DNA of 64,000 nt from an uncultured Lachnospiraceae bacterium (GTDB lineage: Bacteria; Bacillota; Clostridia; Lachnospirales; Lachnospiraceae): the NCBI GenBank assembly GCA_947593655.1, contig CANQDS010000001.1, forward strand, positions 3,081 through 67,080, given 5' to 3'. The notes below the pieces were generated by a model. That model did not search any database. It had not been told where the DNA came from and saw only the letters and a program-made list of their open reading frames with translations. This document shows positions 36,731 through 46,089 of this stretch, piece by piece. Position 1 is the first letter of the stretch. Every line of letters begins with the position of its first letter. Position numbers and translations under genes: made by a program.

Positions 36731-36759
36731 ATTATAGCCATGAGGACTCGTCTTGTCAA
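36731..36759 (-). promoter_or_regulatory. consensus sigma-70 promoter of cysK
   Basis: TTGACA-17 bp-TATAAT. Confidence 0.88.
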
Positions 36760-36773
36760 TACCTTTTTTTAAT

Positions 36774-36816
36774 AAAATGTACCGGAAGAATGGTTTTGAT
36801 TCATCCGGTACATTTT
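36774..36816. terminator. intrinsic terminator after glucokinase
   Basis: AAAATGTACCGGA...TCCGGTACATTTT 13-bp perfect stem. Confidence 0.85.
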
Positions 36817-36851
36817 TCTTTCACTGTTTCTTTGAATTCATCCGTATCTAT

Positions 36852-37796
36852 TTAATCCATATCCAGGATCATCTGCATACAGCCGTAGATTCCCGCGTCA
36901 TTCCCAAGGGAAGCCAGCGCAAATTTCGTATTCCGGCACGCATGGAACGATGTTTCAATATAATGCTTCTGGATCGTCTCGATCAGGATCTCTCCTGCTT
37001 TCGATACGCCTCCGCCGATCACGATGATCTCCGGATCTACCACGCAGGATAAATTGGAAAGAGCCGCTCCGAGAATCTCGCCGAGTTCGTCTACAAGGCC
37101 GAGCGCTACTTCGTCCCCGGCTTTCGCCTCATCGAAGATATCCTTCGCCGTCAGATCCGTATAGTTGCGCAGAGCCGTTTCTTCGGAAGTCTTTGCTAAC
37201 TTCCTCTTTGCCATCCGAACGATCCCCGTCGCCGATGTATACTGTTCCAGACAGCCGTACTGGCCGCAGTTGCACGGCTCAATCTCATCGTTATTGACGG
37301 TGATATGCCCGATCTCGCCGCCCGCGCCGTGCGCGCCCGCTACGACCTTGCCGTTTACAATGATCCCGCCGCCGACGCCTGTTCCCAGCGTAACCATGAC
37401 AACGTCTTTGCTGCCTTTCGCGCCGCCCTGCCACATTTCGCCCAATGCGGCGACATTTGCGTCATTTCCGACCCTGACGCTTAATCCGGTCAGCGCCGAT
37501 AAGTCTTCTTCCACATGAACGGTTCCCCATCCCAGATTCACGCAGCCGTTGACAACGCCGTCGCTCCGTACCGGACCCGGCACGCCGATCCCGATTCCCT
37601 GCACTTCGCTCTTGCTGATCCCCTCCTGCGCCAGCTTATTATCGACTGCCTGCGCAATATCGGAAAGAATCGATTTCCCGTTGTCCGCGGTATCCGTCTG
37701 GATCTCCCACTTATCCGCCAGTTTCCCGTCCGTTTCAAAAAAACCCATTTTAATGGTAGTTCCCCCGACATCTACCCCAAAACCATATTTCTTCAC
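36852..37796 (-). CDS. ROK-family glucokinase
   Basis: GVDVGGT, NDANVAALGE, TLGTGVGGG, GEIGH, CNCGQYGCLE. Confidence 0.93.
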   Translation of the reverse strand: MKKYGFGVDVGGTTIKMGFFETDGKLADKWEIQTDTADNGKSILSDIAQAVDNKLAQEGISKSEVQGIGIGVPGPVRSDGVVNGCVNLGWGTVHVEEDLSALTGLSVRVGNDANVAALGEMWQGGAKGSKDVVMVTLGTGVGGGIIVNGKVVAGAHGAGGEIGHITVNNDEIEPCNCGQYGCLEQYTSATGIVRMAKRKLAKTSEETALRNYTDLTAKDIFDEAKAGDEVALGLVDELGEILGAALSNLSCVVDPEIIVIGGGVSKAGEILIETIQKHYIETSFHACRNTKFALASLGNDAGIYGCMQMILDMD

Positions 37797-37871
37797 TGAA
37801 AAACCTCCTATCCATTTTTTCTCATTGTAGCATATCCGGCGCCCGCAATCCAGTAAAAAGCGCTGATTTTA

Positions 37872-40190
37872 TCAGCCAGACGGATTGTCCGGCGCCTGTT
37901 CGCCGTTCCCGTTATCCGGCTGCTGCTCCTGACCGCCGTTCTCCTGATCCCCATTCTCCTGATCCTGACCGTTCTGTCCGCCATTCTGTCCGCCTTCCTG
38001 CCCTCCGTTTCCTTCACCGGCAGGATTCTGGGCGTTGTCGCTTCCGCCGTTTCCTGCGTTTCCGTCATCCGCGCCTTCCGCCGGTGGATTCTCCGGCGCG
38101 TTCTCCTGAGGATTTTCCTCTTCCGGAGGGTTCTCCTCTTCCGGTTCTTCCGGCGGAAGCAGACCGCCGCCGGTCAGATCCTGCTGATTCTGAAAATCGT
38201 CCGACAACTGCGCATACGGCAGAAAGTCCAACGGCGCCAGCCCTTCGTGGATCCCTTCCATGAAACTGCGCCAGATCTCCATCGGGTAAGTTCCTCCCTG
38301 TAATCCCGGCACTTCTTTCGGATAATCGTAGCCGACCCACACGCTCGTCGTATAATAACGCGTATAGCCGACAAACCAGCCGTCTTTCTTGTCGTTCGTC
38401 GTTCCGGTCTTTCCTGCGCACGGCATATTGGCAAGCGCACCCGCGCGTCCCGTTCCTTCTGTCATAACGGTCGTCATGACATCCGTCATCATTCTGGACG
38501 CCGTTTCCTTATAGACCGCCTTCTCTTCCTGTTCCGCCGCGTAGATGATATTGTCGTCCGAATCCGTGATGGATTTCACGCAGGTCGGTTCCCGGTACAG
38601 CCCGTCATTCTCCAGCGCGGCATAGGCGGACGCCATTTCAACAGTCGAAACGCCCGTGGTAAAACCGCCCAGAGAGGTCGGCAGCACATAATCCGATTCT
38701 ACGATATTGGTAAAATTCATCTCTTTTAAATATTGCAGGCCGACTTCCGGCGTCAGCCGCTCATACAGCTGCCACGCCACGGTATTTAACGACTGCTGCA
38801 CCGCAAAGCGGATCGAAACGTCCCCGAAATAAGTTCCGCTCGCATTACTCGGCCCGCCCTCAAACTGATGGTCGTTTACGATCGACTCCGGCGTCAGCCC
38901 CCTCTCGAAGCAAGGGGTATACACGATCAAAGGCTTGATCGAGCTGCCCGGCTGGCGGTGGCTCTGGTACGCGCGGTTCAGTGTATAGGTGGAAAATTCC
39001 TGACTCCTGCCCCCGACGATGGCGACGACAAACCCGGTGGAATTGTCGATACAGGTTGCCGCGCCCTGAAGCGCGTAAACACCGTCGTCCCCCGCCTCCG
39101 TAAAGCCGGAAAGGACGTTGTCTACGGCATTCTGCAGGCTTTTCTGCTGCTCCGTATCGATGGAGGTATAGATCTTGTATCCTCCGCTGTCGAGCTGCTT
39201 CCGGCAGGTCGCAAATACTTCGTCGTACTCTTCCTCGTATGCCTTCTCTTCTTCTTCCGAATCGAAATAATAGCGCAGCTCAAACCCGGAATTTTCCATC
39301 AATGCCTGCGTCGCACAGTAGTACGTATAAGTATCGACGTAATTATTCCATACGGCAGACGTTTCCTGCGGAGGATTTAACACGATCTCCTCCCGGATCG
39401 CCCGCTCATAGGCAAGCGGAGAAATTTTTCCGTCGTCCAGCATGTTTTTCAAGATCAGGTTCCGCCGCTCGATCGTGTTGTCGTAATGAACCAGCGGATC
39501 GTAATAGGTCGGACTGTTCGGGATCGCGCACAAAAAAGCGATCTGCGAAAGATCCAGTTCATCCAGTTCGCAATTGAAATATCCATGGCACGCCGATGCG
39601 ATCCCGTAATATCCGTTGGCAAAATAAATATCGTTTAAGTAAAATTCCAGAATTTTCTTCTTGCTGTAATGCTTCTCCAGTTCCAGCGCCAGAAACATCT
39701 GCTTGATCTTGTACTGCCAGGTTTTCCCCGATTCCAGATATGTAAGCTTCGCAAGCTGCATGGTGATGGTGCTTCCGCCCTGCGTCACTTCCCCGTTCTC
39801 CAGCATGGCCTTGACGGCCCGCAGGATCCCTTTATAATCCACGCCCTTATGGCTGTAAAATTTCTTATCCTCGATACTGATGATCGCCGTGATATAATCC
39901 GCCGGAATATCGGCATACGATACATACGCCGCTTCCCGTTGGCCGCGCCCCTCCGAGATCAGATTCCCGTCTTTGTCATAGATCGAGCTTGTCAGGGACG
40001 GGATAAACGTCTTTTCCGTAGTCTGCGCCACCAGTTCCTGCGCTTCGCGCCTCAGCTGCTGGACTTCTTCCGCGTAACCGCCGAAATAATAGTAAGCAAA
40101 AGCGCCGAGGACAAGGATCATCAGCAAAATCTGCAGTTTTATCGTAAACCAGAAAAAGCGATGCTTTTTCTTCTTTTTCTTCTTCGCCAT
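37872..40190 (-). CDS. class A penicillin-binding protein (PBP1A family) with an acidic/Gly-Gln-Asn low-complexity tail
   Basis: EDKKFYSHKGVD, QGGSTITMQL, RQPGSSIKP, SLN, KTGT. Confidence 0.95.
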   Translation of the reverse strand: MAKKKKKKKHRFFWFTIKLQILLMILVLGAFAYYYFGGYAEEVQQLRREAQELVAQTTEKTFIPSLTSSIYDKDGNLISEGRGQREAAYVSYADIPADYITAIISIEDKKFYSHKGVDYKGILRAVKAMLENGEVTQGGSTITMQLAKLTYLESGKTWQYKIKQMFLALELEKHYSKKKILEFYLNDIYFANGYYGIASACHGYFNCELDELDLSQIAFLCAIPNSPTYYDPLVHYDNTIERRNLILKNMLDDGKISPLAYERAIREEIVLNPPQETSAVWNNYVDTYTYYCATQALMENSGFELRYYFDSEEEEKAYEEEYDEVFATCRKQLDSGGYKIYTSIDTEQQKSLQNAVDNVLSGFTEAGDDGVYALQGAATCIDNSTGFVVAIVGGRSQEFSTYTLNRAYQSHRQPGSSIKPLIVYTPCFERGLTPESIVNDHQFEGGPSNASGTYFGDVSIRFAVQQSLNTVAWQLYERLTPEVGLQYLKEMNFTNIVESDYVLPTSLGGFTTGVSTVEMASAYAALENDGLYREPTCVKSITDSDDNIIYAAEQEEKAVYKETASRMMTDVMTTVMTEGTGRAGALANMPCAGKTGTTNDKKDGWFVGYTRYYTTSVWVGYDYPKEVPGLQGGTYPMEIWRSFMEGIHEGLAPLDFLPYAQLSDDFQNQQDLTGGGLLPPEEPEEENPPEEENPQENAPENPPAEGADDGNAGNGGSDNAQNPAGEGNGGQEGGQNGGQNGQDQENGDQENGGQEQQPDNGNGEQAPDNPSG

Positions 40191-40229
40191 GGCCGGTCTT
40201 TCTCCTTATAACCCGTTCGCTCATAAGGT

Positions 40230-40258
40230 ATTGTATACTTTTTCCCCTTTTTATGCAA
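40230..40258 (-). promoter_or_regulatory. sigma-70 promoter of PBP1A
   Basis: TTGCAT-17 bp-TACAAT. Confidence 0.6.
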
Positions 40259-40299
40259 TCCGGACGGCCTTGCCGGCCGCCCGGAAAAAATATCGGGTT

Positions 40300-40848
40300 T
40301 TACTGTTCCATCTGCTTTCCCAGAAACTGCGCGGCCGTCTGAACCAGCTGCTTGGCCGTTTCGGATTTCCACTTATCCTCGTTTTTGCCGTAAAGGATCA
40401 CGGAACCGATGCTGTCGCCGTTGCAGATAATCGTCGAGATCGCTTCCATCGGAAAATCCCCGCCGTCGTCTAAGGTAATCCGGATAAACGCGTTTTCCTC
40501 CGAGGAAACCTGTAAGGAGCCGCGCCGCTCGATCAGAGTCTCCAGTTCCCTTGTCAGCGGCTTCCCGTCATATTCCCTCTTCTTCGGACCCGCCGCCGCC
40601 ACGACATAATCCCGGTCCGTAATGCAGACCAGTTCGCCTGTCGTCTGCGAAAGGCTTTCCGCGTAACTTTCGGCAAACTCCCGCAGCTCCCCGATCGGAG
40701 AGTATTTTTTCAGCATGATCTCGCCCTCGCGGTTAGTAAAAATTTCCAGCGGATCGCCCTCGCGGATGCGGAGCGTCCTGCGTATTTCTTTCGGTACTAC
40801 GATCCTTCCCAGATCATCTATCCGTCTCACTATGCCAGTTGCTGTCAT
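40300..40848 (-). CDS. spoVT: stage V sporulation protein T
   Basis: ATGIVRRIDDLGRIVVPKEIRRTLRIREGDPLEIF (AbrB domain) plus GAF tail ending FLGKQME. Confidence 0.96.
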   Translation of the reverse strand: MTATGIVRRIDDLGRIVVPKEIRRTLRIREGDPLEIFTNREGEIMLKKYSPIGELREFAESYAESLSQTTGELVCITDRDYVVAAAGPKKREYDGKPLTRELETLIERRGSLQVSSEENAFIRITLDDGGDFPMEAISTIICNGDSIGSVILYGKNEDKWKSETAKQLVQTAAQFLGKQMEQ

Positions 40849-40903
40849 ATGCTTCCTCCATCTACAAAATTCGTATTTTTTTCTTGGTAAAGTTCAATGG
40901 TAG

Positions 40904-40932
40904 TAGTATTTGTAAATGAAGTGAAAATATAC
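40904..40932 (-). promoter_or_regulatory. possible SigG/SigF forespore promoter of spoVT
   Basis: GTATA-17 bp-AATACTA; spoVT is SigG-dependent in Bacillus and Clostridium. Confidence 0.5.
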
Positions 40933-40949
40933 CTTGCAGCGGCTCTGTT

Positions 40950-41465
40950 TCAGCAGATCGGCGCTTCTTTTATTTTTTCCGCGATCTCGTCGCAGATCTC
41001 CTTTTTCGTTCTGCCGTCCGTCGCGACTGTGATATCCGCCGCCGCTTCATACAGCGCGCGGCGCTTCTCCATGAGCTGCGCGATGTATTCCACATTCATG
41101 TTCCCGTTTAAGATCGGACGGTCTTTGCTGTAACGGACGCGTTCGAAGATGGTTTCCGGTTTTGCCGTCAGATATACGATCTTTCCGCTGCGCTTCATCT
41201 CCTGCGTATTCTCCGGACGGATCACAACCCCGCCGCCGCAGGAAACGACCGTATTTCCCTCTTCCGCGATCGTGCGCACCAGTGCGCTCTCGATCTCCCG
41301 GAAATGATCCTCGCCGTATTTCTCAAAAATCCCGGTAATCGGCATTCCCTGTTCTTTTACGATCCGCTCATCCATCTCCACCAGTTCCATATGCAGACGA
41401 TCGCACAGCAGTTCTGCGATCGTGCTTTTTCCGGCTCCCATAAAACCGATCAGATAAATATTCAT
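40950..41465 (-). CDS. aroK: shikimate kinase
   Basis: GFMGAGKST, GEDHFREIE, SCGGG, RPIL. Confidence 0.95.
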   Translation of the reverse strand: MNIYLIGFMGAGKSTIAELLCDRLHMELVEMDERIVKEQGMPITGIFEKYGEDHFREIESALVRTIAEEGNTVVSCGGGVVIRPENTQEMKRSGKIVYLTAKPETIFERVRYSKDRPILNGNMNVEYIAQLMEKRRALYEAAADITVATDGRTKKEICDEIAEKIKEAPIC

Positions 41466-41478
41466 CCTTTTGTCCTTT

Positions 41479-42348
41479 CTACTGGAAAAACCGCTCTTTG
41501 ACTTCTTCTACCGGCATATCCATCCCGGTGTAGAGCTTAAATGCGGCGACACCCTGCCACAGCAGCATTCCCTTTCCGCCTATGCAGGTACAGCCGGCCG
41601 CTTTGGCGTCTTTCAACAGTTTCGTTTCCACCGGATCGTAGACTGCGTCTGCGACCACCAGTCCCGGATAAAAAGCGTCCGGATCCTTGACCACGCTCTC
41701 CTGATCCATCGGCTTCATCCCGACGATCGTCGCGTTTGCAAAAATATCGCTGGAACGGATCTCTTTTTTCATCTGTCCGGCATCGTCAATATCGTAAACA
41801 TTCACCGTGATCGAAGGAACCGCTTTTCGGATCTTTTCCGCCATCACCAGCGTCCGTTCAAAAAACGCATCTTTCTTATTTAAAATCGTGATCTCTCTTG
41901 CCCCGTCCAGTGCGCACTGTACCTGGATCGCAGTCGCCGCGCCGCCGCCTCCGGCAACGGTGATCTTCTTTCCTTTCACTTCGATCCCGTGGTCTTTGAG
42001 ATTGCTGACAAAACCTTCGCCGTCCGTGATGTAGCCGGTCAGTTTCCCGTCGTCATTGACGATCGTGTTGACCGCCCCGATGATCTCTGCCGCCGGAGAA
42101 AGCTCATCGACATATTTTGCCGCTTCCATCTTATCCGGCATGGTGACATTACAGCCACGCATATGGAAAAGGCGCATGGCCGCAATCGCATCTTTGACCT
42201 CGGATTCCTTGATATCAAACGCCGTGTAGACGTAATCCAGCCCCAGGCGGGCAAAACTGTAATTATACATCGCCGGAGAGCCGGAATGGCCGACCGGAGA
42301 ACCGATCAGCGCCAGCAGCCCGGTATGGCCTGTAATTCTGCTTTCCAT
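41479..42348 (-). CDS. aroE: shikimate dehydrogenase (YdiB-like)
   Basis: GSPVGHSGSPAMYN, NVTMPDK, GAVNT, NATIVGM, GMLLWQG. Confidence 0.93.
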   Translation of the reverse strand: MESRITGHTGLLALIGSPVGHSGSPAMYNYSFARLGLDYVYTAFDIKESEVKDAIAAMRLFHMRGCNVTMPDKMEAAKYVDELSPAAEIIGAVNTIVNDDGKLTGYITDGEGFVSNLKDHGIEVKGKKITVAGGGGAATAIQVQCALDGAREITILNKKDAFFERTLVMAEKIRKAVPSITVNVYDIDDAGQMKKEIRSSDIFANATIVGMKPMDQESVVKDPDAFYPGLVVADAVYDPVETKLLKDAKAAGCTCIGGKGMLLWQGVAAFKLYTGMDMPVEEVKERFFQ

Positions 42349-42381
42349 TCTTTTATCCTCCTTGAAACCTTTATGCTTAAC

Positions 42382-44088
42382 TTAAATATGTAACAATAAC
42401 TCCATCGGGGCATCGATCAGCCGTTTGGCGCCGCTTTCGATCAGCTCTTCCCGGCTCCGGAACCCCCAGGTTACGGAAATGCAGCGGATCCCCGCATTCT
42501 CCGCCGTCTTAATATCCGTTTCGGAATCGCCGACATACCACGCCTCTTCTTTTGCGGCGTTTAACTCTTCAAGCGCCTTCTCCACGGTATCCGGCGACGG
42601 TTTCCGGGCGACGCCCTTCTGCTCCCCGATTGCTGTTTCGGTATAGTCCCGGAAATGCTCCCGGCTTAATTCCTTGACCGCGGCGTCCGGCTTGTTGGAT
42701 ACGATCGCCGTACAGATCCCCCGCCGCTTTAATTCTTCCAGCATCGGCAAAATCTCCGGATACGGCCTGGTTTTATCCTTACAGTGCTCCTGATAATAGC
42801 GGAGAAATTCCCCGAACACCGCCTCATACTCCGGATTCTCCTTCCCGCCCGGAACAGCGCGGCTGATCAAAAGCCCTGCGCCGTTTCCGACAAAACGGCG
42901 TACCTCTTCGATACTGCGTTCCGGCAGATTCCGGGAACGCAGCGCCGCATTGACCGCATCCGTCAGATCCTGCAGCGTATCCAAAAGCGTTCCGTCCAGA
43001 TCGAAAATGACCGCTTTTGTTTTCGGCGCGCTTTCCTGCGACTGCTTTCTCTTCTCAAAATAGCCGATCATTCTGCGCTCCAAAACGGCCTTGATCGCCG
43101 ACTCGGAAGGATATTCGCTGATCCCGTCCTTCCCCAGCACCATTCGCGGAACCGTATTATGGAGCCTGCAGTATTTCTGATATTCCGGTATCATCATTTC
43201 GATCGGGATATAGCCTCCGGCCTTCGTCGTATGGCCGCCCCCGGAACCGATCCCTTCGCTGATCTCCTCCGCAAGCTCGTTGGCCAGAACTTCTTTCACG
43301 CAGCTGCGCACGGAGAATTTCACGCCGCTTTGCATGACGCAGAAAGCCATGCAGACATCCACCGCATCGACTTCCAGCACCAGATCGCTGATGATCCCTA
43401 AAAGGTTGGGATCACATTCCGCCGCCTTGATGATCGAACAGCGGTATTCCTCGATATAGTCGCTGCGCATCAGCGCCGCACCCGCGATCTCCAGATCCTC
43501 GATCGACATATTCGCATTGCGGAACAGCGTCAGTTTCCGCTTGTTAAAGGCGGCTTCATCGCGCAGCTGTTTATCCAGCGGATGTGCGATCTCCGCCAGA
43601 TTTCCGGTATCCATATACAAACCGTAGTACAGCGCCGTCGCCAGATCCTCGTTTTCGTTCGCATCGTAGCGCTCGTCTTTTAACATCTGCCAGATCAGCG
43701 TTGCGCAGGATCCGAGAAAACTCCGGACTTCGTTCATCTCCGGCAGCGGCACGCTGACTGTATGATGGTCGATCACCGCCACTTTTTCCGCGTCAAAATG
43801 CGTCACATTGCCGCCGTGGTACTGGCAGTCCACCGTTAAGAGCAGCGGCGGCTTTTCCTCTAATTGATCCACATGCACGACAGGGATATGGAGCTGCTCG
43901 ATCATCAGCTTTAAATTTCCTTTCCGGATCAGGCTCCTCCCCCCGTAGATCACCGATGAATGTTTCCCGTGATCCTTCAGATAAAGATACACGGCGTAGC
44001 CGCATGCCAGCGCATCCGCATCCGGATTGTCATGGCACTGGATCACAATATTGTCATAGTCCAGCAGTTCCGATAATCGCAAAATCAT
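42382..44088 (-). CDS. DHH/DHHA1 phosphoesterase fused to a HAD (Gph-like) phosphatase
   Basis: HDNPDADA, IDHH, YMDTGN and SGGGH, then FDLDGTLLDT, VSNKP, RKPSP and VGDSETD. Confidence 0.88.
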   Translation of the reverse strand: MILRLSELLDYDNIVIQCHDNPDADALACGYAVYLYLKDHGKHSSVIYGGRSLIRKGNLKLMIEQLHIPVVHVDQLEEKPPLLLTVDCQYHGGNVTHFDAEKVAVIDHHTVSVPLPEMNEVRSFLGSCATLIWQMLKDERYDANENEDLATALYYGLYMDTGNLAEIAHPLDKQLRDEAAFNKRKLTLFRNANMSIEDLEIAGAALMRSDYIEEYRCSIIKAAECDPNLLGIISDLVLEVDAVDVCMAFCVMQSGVKFSVRSCVKEVLANELAEEISEGIGSGGGHTTKAGGYIPIEMMIPEYQKYCRLHNTVPRMVLGKDGISEYPSESAIKAVLERRMIGYFEKRKQSQESAPKTKAVIFDLDGTLLDTLQDLTDAVNAALRSRNLPERSIEEVRRFVGNGAGLLISRAVPGGKENPEYEAVFGEFLRYYQEHCKDKTRPYPEILPMLEELKRRGICTAIVSNKPDAAVKELSREHFRDYTETAIGEQKGVARKPSPDTVEKALEELNAAKEEAWYVGDSETDIKTAENAGIRCISVTWGFRSREELIESGAKRLIDAPMELLLHI

Positions 44089-44094
44089 TCCCCC

Positions 44095-46038
44095 TTATTC
44101 TATATATGGAAAAAACAGACTGCTCCTGTTTTTCTCATCAAACATGGAATTATATTGAAGCGCTTCATAATTCCGGATCCATTCCGCCTCTTTCCCTTCC
44201 GCGTCCTCCGTATGAAGGTAGCCGCCCGCGCTCTTCGAGTAATACCCGCGGGAATTGATCGCCGGAACCGCTTCCTGCATATCCGCAAGGAACCTATGGT
44301 ACGGCGGCAGTTCGATCCCCGCCCGCTCCAGCGTCATCGTAGACAGATAATTCAGGCTGGTGACAGGCACCGTTTCCTCCTCCGTTTCGTAATTGGTCCA
44401 GATGAAAAACGGCACGGTATACAGCGCTTCCAGTTCCTCCAGCGTCAGATTGGAAAGCCCCTTTCCGTTTAAGATCGGGTAAAAATTGGAATTCAGGCTC
44501 GGCTGATGATCCCCGAAAAAAACGATCTCCACCGGATCCTCTTCCTGCGAAAAATAAGTGATCAGCTTCTCTAACGCCTGATCGCTCTGATGCACCAGAG
44601 AAAAATACTGGTTGGCGTCCGTGTACGAGCGTCCCAGTTTGTAGACATCTTCGTTAAAATTGTCATACGTCTGTGCATAACCGCCGTGGTTCTGCATCGT
44701 AATCCCCATCAGAAACAGCTTCTCATTGACTCCGCGGCTCTCATAGCGCGCAATGATCTTATCGTAAAGCTCCTCATCCGTGATATATTCCCGGAGCACT
44801 TTCGTCTGGTCAAAATCCTGAATAAAATGCATCTCGTCATATCCCAGATCCGGATAGACCTGATTGCGGCTCCAGCCGGTTTCATAATACGGATGCATCG
44901 CCACGCATGTATAGCCGATATTCTTTAATTCCGATACGATCGACGTCGGCGTCCGGCTGATATACTGCTGATAGACAACCGAACCGGCCGGCAGAAACGC
45001 CATCGAATTGCCCGTCATGTACTCCCATTCCGAATTCGGGGTTTTGGCTCCGAACACAGAAGAAAGCGCATATCCTTTTACCGTATTCTCCGAAAGGGAA
45101 TCCATAAAAGGCGTAAGCGGTTCGTTGGTTTCCAATTCACCGAGCACGCTAAGATCGGCAAACGATTCGTTCATGATCACGATGATCGTGGGTTCCTTCC
45201 CGCCGGTTCCCGTCCCGGAACGGAGCGTCTCCCGATCCTGATATTCCTCTTCGAGTTCAGCGACCAGTTCCTTTGAATAGCCCTCCGGCTCCCCGACATA
45301 GCTGTCCCGGATGCTTAAGATAAAATTCAAAAGGTAGCCGTTGCGGTACGTTCCTTTCTTCTCCCAGGTTTCCGTATTGATCCCCTGCACGTCCAGATAG
45401 ACGATCATGCCGGCGATCACCGCGAGCATGACAGAGATCACGCGCATATGGAACTTCTGCTGAAAAACTACATGGCATTTCCGCACGAACGCGATGAAAA
45501 GCACGGACGCGAGGATCACATACGCCCCCCGGTCCTCCAGCCGCAGCCGGTAGGTTCCCGCGACGCTTAAGCCCGTTCCGATCGAGCGCAGATCGGCAAA
45601 AATAAACTCATTCTGCCGGAAAAGATAGACAAAATAATTGATAAATCCGAACACCAGCAGGATCACATGGGATATGATGCATGTCAGCCCGGCATTACAG
45701 GTAAACAGATGCACGATCAGGTAAAACGCCAGACAGCAGAGCGCATTTAAAAACAGCATCCGATCCGTCGTCCGGTTAAAAAGCTCCGGTTCCAGCAGAA
45801 GATACTGAATGGAAAACATCGTAAACGCCGCGCCCCCGGCAAAGAGAATGGACGCCCACAGCCATGGCAGCCTTTCGTCCAGCGTGATCGTTACGCTTTT
45901 GATCAGGTAATAAAGCGCCCCGAAAACCAAAAGCACCCACCAGCGGAACCCGACCGCGAAGAACAACACAAGCGCCGGGAAAAAAACGACAGCCAGACGG
46001 ATATTATTCTTTTTCTCATACTCAAACCCGATTTTCAT
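44095..46038 (-). CDS. LTA synthase (LtaS)/sulfatase-family membrane protein
   Basis: Several N-terminal TM helices; IIVIMNESF, TPNSEWE, TMQNHGGY, FFGDHQP. Confidence 0.9.
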   Translation of the reverse strand: MKIGFEYEKKNNIRLAVVFFPALVLFFAVGFRWWVLLVFGALYYLIKSVTITLDERLPWLWASILFAGGAAFTMFSIQYLLLEPELFNRTTDRMLFLNALCCLAFYLIVHLFTCNAGLTCIISHVILLVFGFINYFVYLFRQNEFIFADLRSIGTGLSVAGTYRLRLEDRGAYVILASVLFIAFVRKCHVVFQQKFHMRVISVMLAVIAGMIVYLDVQGINTETWEKKGTYRNGYLLNFILSIRDSYVGEPEGYSKELVAELEEEYQDRETLRSGTGTGGKEPTIIVIMNESFADLSVLGELETNEPLTPFMDSLSENTVKGYALSSVFGAKTPNSEWEYMTGNSMAFLPAGSVVYQQYISRTPTSIVSELKNIGYTCVAMHPYYETGWSRNQVYPDLGYDEMHFIQDFDQTKVLREYITDEELYDKIIARYESRGVNEKLFLMGITMQNHGGYAQTYDNFNEDVYKLGRSYTDANQYFSLVHQSDQALEKLITYFSQEEDPVEIVFFGDHQPSLNSNFYPILNGKGLSNLTLEELEALYTVPFFIWTNYETEEETVPVTSLNYLSTMTLERAGIELPPYHRFLADMQEAVPAINSRGYYSKSAGGYLHTEDAEGKEAEWIRNYEALQYNSMFDEKNRSSLFFPYIE

Positions 46039-46058
46039 AATATTTACAATACAACAAA

Positions 46059-46082
46059 ATTCCCGGTATGGCAACCGGGAAT
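46059..46082 (-). terminator. hairpin after the radical SAM gene
   Basis: ATTCCCGGT-ATGGCA-ACCGGGAAT; followed by TTTGTTG on the minus strand. Confidence 0.65.
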
Positions 46083-46089
46083 CTTGAAC

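Noticed and set aside
14879-36759. Sulfur block as a mobile genomic island
   Set aside because: No integrase, transposase, tRNA or flanking direct repeats seen; composition looks like the neighbouring core genes
37872-38160. PBP1A Gly/Gln/Asn/Glu repeats as a separate element
   Set aside because: Ordinary disordered C-terminal tail of class A PBPs
40259-40290. GC hairpin after spoVT as an intrinsic terminator
   Set aside because: The U-tract lies on the wrong side for either strand; function unclear
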